Origin: an uncultured delta proteobacterium | GTDB lineage: Bacteria; Desulfobacterota; Syntrophobacteria; BM002 | Direction: 5' to 3' | DNA: 64,000 nt | Assembly (NCBI GenBank): GCA_963712115.1 | Contig: CAVQGX010000046.1 | Location: forward strand, 1 to 64,000 | Shown: piece by piece, positions 56,832 through 64,000 of the stretch | Position numbering within the stretch: position 1 is the first letter of the stretch | Layout of the letters: every line of letters starts with the position of its first letter | The notes under the pieces: generated by a model | What the model saw: the letters and a program-made list of their open reading frames with translations, nothing else | Databases searched by the model: none | What the model was told of the DNA's origin: nothing | Position numbers and translations under genes: made by a program

Positions 56832-58164
56832 TTAAATTTTCTTACTTCCTCTCAGCATTCTGAATAGGCACGATCTAAAGGCCAGATTGTCGGGAACGAA
56901 AAATTGCGGATTTGTTCTGGCCCGGGCAAGTCGCAAGACTATGGATTTCATTGAAAGAGCTTTCTTATAAAGCCAAGTATATCCCTCTTCGAGCTGCTCT
57001 ACGGTCATTTTCCTGGGACGGAAGACAACATGAGAGTATCGTACCTTTCCCAATCCTTGTGCAGCAGTCTGCCCTCGCTTTCGATCTTCTGATAAAAGCC
57101 TGGTTCCTGGATAGGGTGTGAGAATGCTCGAAATATAGACTGTCAAAGTTGGACTTTCGGATGAATTTCTGCCATCTTGGGAAATATGGAGATATCATCG
57201 TTGTCGAAGCCAGATCATGAATGCTGCCTTGACGCCTATGCCGTAACGGTGCAACTTGGTCACTGCCCGCAGGTACTCGGCTGGTTTGTTGATCCGTTTT
57301 CCACATTCCGCCAGAGCATCCTCAGAAAGACTCTCCATGCCTATGAGAAGGCCGAGACACTTGGTTTCCGACATTAGCTTCAGTAATTCATCATCTTTGG
57401 CCACCGACACTCGAAGCCTGGCCAACCCACTGTATTTTGTAGGACTTCAGCATGTTTCAACAGCGTTAATGCAGTGTTTGCGATTGGCAATAATATTGTC
57501 ATCAACGAAAAATATGAGATTCTTGAGGGCGAAGAACTTGTCCACCGGCTTAACTTTCGCCACCATCTCCTCAACAAAACGGATGGGCTTGGTTCGGTAT
57601 TTGGCTCCGTAGTACTGGGTGACAGCGCAAAAATTGCAGTTGATCGGACACCCTCGGGTAGTTTCGATAAATTCCACAGGACTGTATATGCGTTTTATCA
57701 ATGATATCCCATCGAGGAGGCAGCGCCTCTGCCAGGTCTAACAATTTATTGGCCTGGTAAATCTCCTTCAGTTCTCCCCGCTTGAAGTCTTCCACCATCT
57801 GGGGCCAAACCTTTTCACCTTCTCCGATCGCCACGGCATCGCAATGCTCTAGGGCTTCCTCTGGAAGGGCAGACACGTGCATACCCCCCATAACCACAGT
57901 CTTCCCCCGCCGTTTGAACTCATCGGCTATCTCATACGCTCTGGTAGCGAGAGGAGTCATTACCGAGATCCCGATTAGATCGGCATCATCAGTGAAATCC
58001 ACCGGACTGATCCGCTCGTCTACCATCTTGACCTCGCAGTCCGGCGGCGTATGGGCAGCAATGGTAGGCAGGCCTAAAAATGGCAGCTTAAAGAAAAAAT
58101 CCGCTCCCAGGATCTTCTTGAGTCCTATGGGTGAGATCAACAATATCTTCAATGACATTTTCAC
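56832..58164 (-). pseudogene. B12-binding radical SAM protein split by several single-base insertions
   Basis: Colinear fragments: LGLPTIAA..GGMH..GEGE (57571-58164), TRGCPINCNFC..DDN (57447-57701), IGMES (57195-57425), LTPYPGT (56832-57146); may be sequencing error. Confidence 0.85.
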
Positions 58165-58319
58165 ATTCCAGCGGAGAAATAGATGGTAAGCCTCGGTATT
58201 ATAGTTGAAATCATCAAGGTAAGAAAGAGTCTCTCAGTTGGGATCGAATTAGTACTTATTGAGAAAGCAATGTTGACAGGTAAAATAGTTTGCACTATCA
58301 AGGGAGATGGTGAAAGCCC

Positions 58320-59201
58320 ATGCGTGAACATTTCCTGGATAATCCATTTTGGTATAGGCAGGCTCTAAAAACGGTTCGCTCACTGCCTCCAGCCGCCTCC
58401 TACGGTTTGGCACGATTTGTTGCTGGCCTTGCCTATCTTTTTTCGCCACGGGATCGGCGTCATGTTTCAAACAATTTTGACCTTATCTTCAACGGCTATA
58501 ACCCCCCTGCTGGTAAAAAGTTGCTACTGTGGAGATTTTTTCAGAATTACGGCATCTACGTTGTCGATTTCTTTCGTCTTCTGAACATGACTTTGGAAGA
58601 AAGCCAGGCATTCGCTCAACTTTACCAGGGTCGCCAACATATCGATGCAGCCTTGGACAGAGGGAAAGGGGCGGTGCTCCTCACTGCTCATCTGGGCCAT
58701 TGGGAGATTGGAGGTCTGGGGCTCCGGGCCATGGGCTATCCGGTCAACGTAGTAGCCTTAAAGCACAACACCACATTCACCAATGCTCTGATAAATGTAA
58801 TGCGCATGCGTCATGGCATGCGGATTATTGAAGTGGAGGAGTCAGCCTATGGCGCCATTGAGTTGGTCAAGGCACTGAATCGAAATGAGGTTGTGGCTGT
58901 TTTGGCTGACAGGGTTTTTGCTGCCGACAGATCCGAGGTTACCACTTTTTTCAATCGTCCGGTGCACCTGCCAGTTGGCCCGGTGCTGCTGGCAATGGCT
59001 GCTCGTGCACCGATTGTTCCGGCCTTTTCGATTATGGAGGCTCCCGGACGCTATCGTGGCGTCGTCGAACCCCCCTTGGAACTAAAATATGGCCCGGATC
59101 GTAGAGAAGCATTGCAACACAACTTGCGACAAGTAGCTAAAGTTTTTGAAAAATACATCCGCCGCTATCCGGACCAGTGGTACATAGTGGATCCGTTATG
59201 A
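58320..59201 (+). CDS. Lysophospholipid/lipid A-type acyltransferase (LPLAT)
   Basis: TAHLGHWE, LADR, FF, P.GP..LA, PDQW. Confidence 0.9.
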   Translation: MREHFLDNPFWYRQALKTVRSLPPAASYGLARFVAGLAYLFSPRDRRHVSNNFDLIFNGYNPPAGKKLLLWRFFQNYGIYVVDFFRLLNMTLEESQAFAQLYQGRQHIDAALDRGKGAVLLTAHLGHWEIGGLGLRAMGYPVNVVALKHNTTFTNALINVMRMRHGMRIIEVEESAYGAIELVKALNRNEVVAVLADRVFAADRSEVTTFFNRPVHLPVGPVLLAMAARAPIVPAFSIMEAPGRYRGVVEPPLELKYGPDRREALQHNLRQVAKVFEKYIRRYPDQWYIVDPL

Positions 59202-59300
59202 GTATTGGAGTACTGGAGTAGTGGAGTAATGGTCCAAAACTTAAAGCACCTGTGAAACCCAATACTCCCACACTCCATTACTCCATTACTCCATCACTCC
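59200..59300. repeat. Inverted TGGAGTA/TACTCCA octamer arrays
   Basis: tggagtac-tggagtag-tggagtaa ... actccatt-actccatt-actccatc. Confidence 0.75.
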
Positions 59301-59316
59301 CAAAAAAGTAATTGGT

Positions 59317-60048
59317 ATGAATGAGAAATCTTGGATTAATAGGTCAAAAGCTTTGACTCTTTTGCTCTGTTTAGGACTCATTCTGGTTGGCACTTTTGCC
59401 ATTACCTCTGAGGTTGGAAAGGCTGGAACTCATTTGACCGCGGCAGAAGTTCTGGATCAGCTGCAGGCCAAAGCAAAGGCATTGAAAAGTCTTGAAGGTT
59501 CTTTTGAACAAAGGAAATACTCCCGGCTTCTGGTAAGGCCCATTGAGTCGGCGGGCAAACTTTTCTGGCAGCCACCTGGTCGCTTCCGCTGGGAAGTGGT
59601 TCGACCTGCCCTTCTAACCCTAGTGGTGAGGGAAGATAAAATTCTGCTCCTTTACCCAGACCTGAAGAAAGTGACTCTTTATCGTGGACCGTCGGGGGTA
59701 GGATTTTTGGATCGATTCACCGGTGCGACCGGTGATCCGCAAACTTTTCAGAGCCAATATGCGATAGAAGTCGAACTGGTCGCCAAAGGGGAAGATATTA
59801 GATGGATACAGATGAACATGGAACCGAAATCTGCCGAGCATGCTCGTTATTTCAAACGGCTGGAAGTTAAAATAGATCCAGAAACCTGGCTACCAAATGA
59901 GATCGCCATCTTAGAGGGCAACGATGACTGGACCCTTATCTATCTGTCAAACTTGATAGAAAATGCCAACCTTTCAGACGGCCTATTTAGCGTTGAGCCG
60001 CCGGAAGGTTTTCAGGTTCAGAGTTATCAGTCCGGGAGACGGCCATGA
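59317..60048 (+). CDS. LolA-like periplasmic lipid/lipoprotein carrier
   Basis: Signal peptide, SL.GSFEQ, G.L..QPP..FRWE, F...PP. Confidence 0.82.
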   Translation: MNEKSWINRSKALTLLLCLGLILVGTFAITSEVGKAGTHLTAAEVLDQLQAKAKALKSLEGSFEQRKYSRLLVRPIESAGKLFWQPPGRFRWEVVRPALLTLVVREDKILLLYPDLKKVTLYRGPSGVGFLDRFTGATGDPQTFQSQYAIEVELVAKGEDIRWIQMNMEPKSAEHARYFKRLEVKIDPETWLPNEIAILEGNDDWTLIYLSNLIENANLSDGLFSVEPPEGFQVQSYQSGRRP

Positions 60049-60974
60049 AAGGCTGCGGCTTCTTGTTTCCAGGCCAGGGGGCCCAATATGTGGGTATGGG
60101 TCGTGATCTAGTCGAAAGGTTCGCTGAGAGTGAGGATCTGCTCAAGCGAGCCGAACTGCATCTTGATTTGCCCCTCGGAGAGATCATGTTTTCCGGCCCT
60201 GAGGAACGGCTCCATGAAGATCTCAACGCACAACTGGCAGTCTATACCGTAAGCTGCATGGTGGCCGATTTCCTGGCAAATAAATCCATTAGGGCAGCAA
60301 CGCTCGCACCCTATAGCTCCGGCATATATGGGGCCGCCTACGGAGCCGGAGTTGTGGACTTCGAAACCGGCCTCAACCTCATAGTAGAAGCCGACCGTTG
60401 TATCAATGAGGCCAACAGCCAGGGTGGTATGGCGGTCGTGCTCGGGCTCTCACTCGCAGAGGTGGAGGAGATGTGCGCAAGGGTGGAGGGGCAGGTTGAA
60501 GTGAGCATAGTAAACACTCGACATCAAATCATCGTCTCCGGCGAGGGGCCGGCTCTAGATGGGCTGCTAAAACTGGCAGCGGACTCAGAAGCCCTGAAGA
60601 CAGATCGGCTCCCTGCGGCGGCACCTTACCACTGTAGTCTCCTTACCTCGGCCGATCACTGTCTTGCTAAGAAGATTGCCAAGATCCCAATGAATGAGCC
60701 CCATACTCCTATTCTCTCTTACATCGACCAAAAACCATTAGTTAAAGCAGATCAGGTGGCGACGTTGCTCTCCATCCAGCTTCGAAGTCAGGTTCAGTGG
60801 GTAGGGGTAGTTGAGGAATTGGTCCGGCAGAATCTGGGACCTATGGTTGAAATTGGACCCGGCCAGATGCTTGGTCGCTCGGTAAGGTGGATTAACCGCC
60901 AGGCCCAGGTGCTTTACACTGATACAGCGGTGGCTCTGGAAAACACCGTCAAAAGCCTCCAAGATTCAAACTGA
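60045..60974 (+). CDS. FabD-like acyl-CoA:ACP transacylase with atypical active site
   Basis: FLFPGQGAQ, PYSSG (for GHSxG), APYH, VEIGPG..L; malonate-binding Arg appears replaced by Ala. Confidence 0.82.
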   Translation: MKGCGFLFPGQGAQYVGMGRDLVERFAESEDLLKRAELHLDLPLGEIMFSGPEERLHEDLNAQLAVYTVSCMVADFLANKSIRAATLAPYSSGIYGAAYGAGVVDFETGLNLIVEADRCINEANSQGGMAVVLGLSLAEVEEMCARVEGQVEVSIVNTRHQIIVSGEGPALDGLLKLAADSEALKTDRLPAAAPYHCSLLTSADHCLAKKIAKIPMNEPHTPILSYIDQKPLVKADQVATLLSIQLRSQVQWVGVVEELVRQNLGPMVEIGPGQMLGRSVRWINRQAQVLYTDTAVALENTVKSLQDSN

Positions 60975-60989
60975 CCTGGTCATAGAAAA

Positions 60990-62720
60990 ATGGAAAAACT
61001 AATGTCGCCTCATAGACTCTGGCTATTCATCCTACTTCTAGTTCTGCTCTCCTGTACTCGTGAACGAATGACCGTCACAGGGGCTGAGCGCTTGTACGGC
61101 AAGAATAAGGTACAAGATACCAATTACGTCTGGAAGGAGATTCAAGGGGATGGCTATCGGGTTATTTATCCGGAACAGTTGAGAAGGCGAGCCCTCGACG
61201 TGGCCCATATTTATGGAGCCCACCTTGGACGTATCAGCCAAGATCTGGATCTCCCCTTTGACAAGACCATTCCCGTATTTATTTACCCTTCCCAGAAAGA
61301 GTATGAGACCACGAACATTGTAACTGGGTTAGTAAGAGGAAGCGGCGGTTTCACTGAATTTTTTAAAGAGAGAGTTGTATTTCCCGTAGCAAGCAATGAT
61401 AAACGTCTGCAGCGGTTGGCTCTGCACGAGATCACCCACGCTGTCCAACTCAGGTACCTCCTAGACGGTCCTTACCGCTCACTGCAGATCATCCTCACCG
61501 GTGTGCTCTCGCCTCTGTGGTTCATGGAAGGGGTTGCTCAATATGAATCTAATTCTTGGGACTCTACCACTGCCATGTATGTTCGGGATGCGGTCATGGA
61601 TCATAGACTCATTCCCCTTAACCAATTGCGAGGTTTTAGCCATTTGCCCCCCCACCAGATACGTCTGGCCTACTACCAGAGTGATCTTTTCATTCAGTTT
61701 CTGGTTGACACCTATGGCCAAGATACCATCCCCCGTCTCCTCCGGCTGATAAAAAATAAGCTTAACCTTCGCAGCGCTCTCCATCAGGTTACCGGCAAGG
61801 ATCCCAATCACCTGGAGTGGGCTTGGCGAGAATATGCCAATAGTCGGCTCCGCGTGGGCGGAGAGGGGTGGCAAGATCCATTTAACCAAGTCCAGCTTCT
61901 CACCGCCAATAAGGGCTGGAATCTTTTTCCTACCTATAGTCCCGACGGCAGCAGAATTGCTTTCTTATCCGATTGGGAAAATGAATCATTCGAGTTTTCC
62001 CTTTACCTATTGGAAAGGTCAACCGGTCGGCTCACCAGGCTGCAAGAACGGTATTTGTACCCTGCTCCTTTGGGCTGGTCTCACGATGGCACCCGGCTGG
62101 TATTTGTCAGTGATCAAGATAACCGCAGCGATCTTTTTCTTTACGATGTGGACCGGAAAAAGGCAAAACCTATCAAGCAGGACATTAGAGTAAATAACTT
62201 TCCAGCTTTTCTCCCAGGAGATGTGGAGGTGGGATTCGTTGCAACAGTTGATGGTTTTGCCGATATCTATAAAATCAACCTGGAGAATGGCAAGCTCACA
62301 CCTTTGACCCAGACCACAAACGACGAAGCCTATCCCCATTGGTCTAAAGATGGCAATTTTTTAATATTCTCCAGAGAGTACCAGATGCAATTCGATCTGG
62401 TACTCAAAGATCTTTTAAGCGGCAAAGAAACCCGCCTTACCAACACGGCACAAGATGAAATATGGCCGTTTTTCCTGCCTGAGGCCAAGGCAATCCTCTT
62501 CGTCTCCGACGAGACTGGCATCTTCAATCTCCACCTCCTGGATCTGCAGAGCGGTGCCATTCACCGTCTGTCCGAAGTGATAGGTGGAACATTCTCCCCC
62601 CGGGTCAGCCCTGATGGAAAACGCTTGCTCTTCAGTTATTTTCGCCACGGACAATACAAGATTTTTGAAGGTACCATGTTGCCATGGGAGACGGGAGTCG
62701 CAAATGGTAGCAGGCCTTGA
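60990..62720 (+). CDS. Lipoprotein with peptidase-MA-like (HExxH) domain and TolB-like PD40 propeller
   Basis: Lipobox LLSC, LHEITH..PLWFMEGVAQY; repeated P.(W/Y)SPDG..I.F.S. Confidence 0.82.
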   Translation: MEKLMSPHRLWLFILLLVLLSCTRERMTVTGAERLYGKNKVQDTNYVWKEIQGDGYRVIYPEQLRRRALDVAHIYGAHLGRISQDLDLPFDKTIPVFIYPSQKEYETTNIVTGLVRGSGGFTEFFKERVVFPVASNDKRLQRLALHEITHAVQLRYLLDGPYRSLQIILTGVLSPLWFMEGVAQYESNSWDSTTAMYVRDAVMDHRLIPLNQLRGFSHLPPHQIRLAYYQSDLFIQFLVDTYGQDTIPRLLRLIKNKLNLRSALHQVTGKDPNHLEWAWREYANSRLRVGGEGWQDPFNQVQLLTANKGWNLFPTYSPDGSRIAFLSDWENESFEFSLYLLERSTGRLTRLQERYLYPAPLGWSHDGTRLVFVSDQDNRSDLFLYDVDRKKAKPIKQDIRVNNFPAFLPGDVEVGFVATVDGFADIYKINLENGKLTPLTQTTNDEAYPHWSKDGNFLIFSREYQMQFDLVLKDLLSGKETRLTNTAQDEIWPFFLPEAKAILFVSDETGIFNLHLLDLQSGAIHRLSEVIGGTFSPRVSPDGKRLLFSYFRHGQYKIFEGTMLPWETGVANGSRP

Positions 62721-62751
62721 TGGTTGCCGGGCAAAAACCGGCAAGATTCAG

Positions 62752-63867
62752 GTGACAAAGCCATTTGGGCCGCGCAGACTATTGTTTTTTGTGCTGGTGG
62801 CCCTTCTCCCCTTTTTCTTAGTCTTGCCCTGCCAGGCCGAAACCTTTAAAGAGCAAGACTACCGTGACAGCTTTTCCACTGACTTCTTTTTTCCTTACCT
62901 CGACTACAACGAAAAGGATGGAATCATTCCCGGTGTGGATTGGCAGGCCAGCAATTACACCGGAGACCATGTACTTAGCTTCCGTGGTGGCATCGGGACA
63001 AAAAGTGGCAAGGAGCAACTGTTGGCAGGCTACACTTACCTCGGTTGGTATCCCGCTGTTGGCTTAAACCTCTTCGATAAAAACACTTTTTTCGGTGACC
63101 TAAAGGACACAGGCAACGATAAGGATGACTGGCGCAGAGAGGTTGGTGGCAGTCTTACTTTTAGCTTTCCTCTCGATTTGTACCACAGGATAGTTCCCGG
63201 CTATGAAATTGCATGGGTGGATTTGCCTGATGAATGGCAGCGGCTCAATGGTCTCATTCTCAGTTTGGTCCGTGATACTGCCGATTATTACCTCATGGAG
63301 ATTATTTCCGGCAGTCAAGTGAATCTCACCGCAAAATATGGTAACCAGGCCCTGGGAAGTGAGAGCACCTTTCAAAGTTATGCCGGAGATCTGTGGCATT
63401 ACGCCAACCTGGACCTGGAGGAATATTTTGGAGCCGGTCAACGGCTGGTAACATCATTGCGGATCCATGGTGGGGTTAAAAAGGATGATCCCAGATTGTT
63501 TGTTTTGGGAGGCGAGACTAGTCTGCGAGGCTACGACTTCAACGAGTTTTCTGGTGAGAAGATGTGGGCTGCCAGTCTAGAACTGCGCTATCCCTTCTTG
63601 GTCATAGACCGCACTACCACCGCTTGGGATCTCTTTCATTTTCACCAGCTGCTCGGTGTTGCTTTTGTGGACAGTGGTCAAATCTGGCGAGACTATAACG
63701 ATAGTAGCTCCATATCCGGTGCGGAAGTCGGCGTGGGTGGTGGAGTCCGACTGCAAATGTTCGTATTTGGCAAAATTCCCTTTGAGGTAGGTTTTGACCT
63801 TGGACAGAGCGTAACTGACCGCGACCGCAATCCAAAAGTCTATTTGATTTTGAGGCTGGGAGCTTAA
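62752..63867 (+). CDS. Omp85 (BamA/TamA-like) beta-barrel without POTRA domains
   Basis: Signal peptide, F.LGG..SLRGY, SLELRYP, F.DSG..W, GVGGGVR; start uncertain (62704 or 62752). Confidence 0.78.
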   Translation: MTKPFGPRRLLFFVLVALLPFFLVLPCQAETFKEQDYRDSFSTDFFFPYLDYNEKDGIIPGVDWQASNYTGDHVLSFRGGIGTKSGKEQLLAGYTYLGWYPAVGLNLFDKNTFFGDLKDTGNDKDDWRREVGGSLTFSFPLDLYHRIVPGYEIAWVDLPDEWQRLNGLILSLVRDTADYYLMEIISGSQVNLTAKYGNQALGSESTFQSYAGDLWHYANLDLEEYFGAGQRLVTSLRIHGGVKKDDPRLFVLGGETSLRGYDFNEFSGEKMWAASLELRYPFLVIDRTTTAWDLFHFHQLLGVAFVDSGQIWRDYNDSSSISGAEVGVGGGVRLQMFVFGKIPFEVGFDLGQSVTDRDRNPKVYLILRLGA

Positions 63868-64000
63868 GGATTAACTGAGGATTGCTGATTTTAGATTGTA
63901 GATTTCAGATTTACCCATTGTGCATTCGCGGAATGATGAAATTCCGAAATACTCAATCTGCAATCTGCAATCTTAACTCTTAAATTTTAAATACCGTTAC

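Noticed and set aside
57195-57449. TGA stops as selenocysteine readthrough (also at 23081)
   Set aside because: Downstream homology continues in different frames, so these are frameshifts, not in-frame UGA codons.
323-63835. Numerous antisense and overlapping ORFs of 60-195 aa
   Set aside because: Shadows of well-supported genes with no recognisable motifs, apart from the frameshift fragments noted above.

Overview
Bacterial chromosomal DNA, by gene content most likely an anaerobic Desulfobacterota/deltaproteobacterium-like organism (inference). No rRNA, tRNA or CRISPR array was recognised. (1) 2-21 kb: a minus-strand MSHA-like type IV pilus locus (MshE-like ATPase, TPR protein, ExeA-SPOR, secretin, PilO, PilM-PilN fusion, small MerR-like regulator, pilin, PilC, YfhO-type GT-C protein). 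It is interrupted by an IR-bounded GxxExxY cassette, a complete IS1182-like element (17-bp IRs, AAATT duplication) and a repeat-flanked AbrB/RelE toxin-antitoxin pair. (2) 21-31 kb: signalling and housekeeping genes plus damaged lipoprotein and CHAT genes. (3) 31.6-63.9 kb: a ~32-kb lipid biosynthesis/export region. It combines an aryl-polyene/ladderane-cluster-like type II system (KS + non-catalytic KS, ACP, FabG, atypical FabZ and FabD, thioesterase) with three B12-radical SAM enzymes, a SPASM radical SAM, a split PlsAR/Ger-like activase-reductase pair, head-group enzymes and an MMPL-LolA-TolB-like-Omp85 export set. This is the best candidate for an undescribed system, possibly making ether-linked or membrane-spanning glycolipids (hypothesis). 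Intergenic DNA is packed with nested palindromic and 7-9-bp repeat elements. Several frameshifts, especially at 56.6-58.2 kb, may be sequencing errors.
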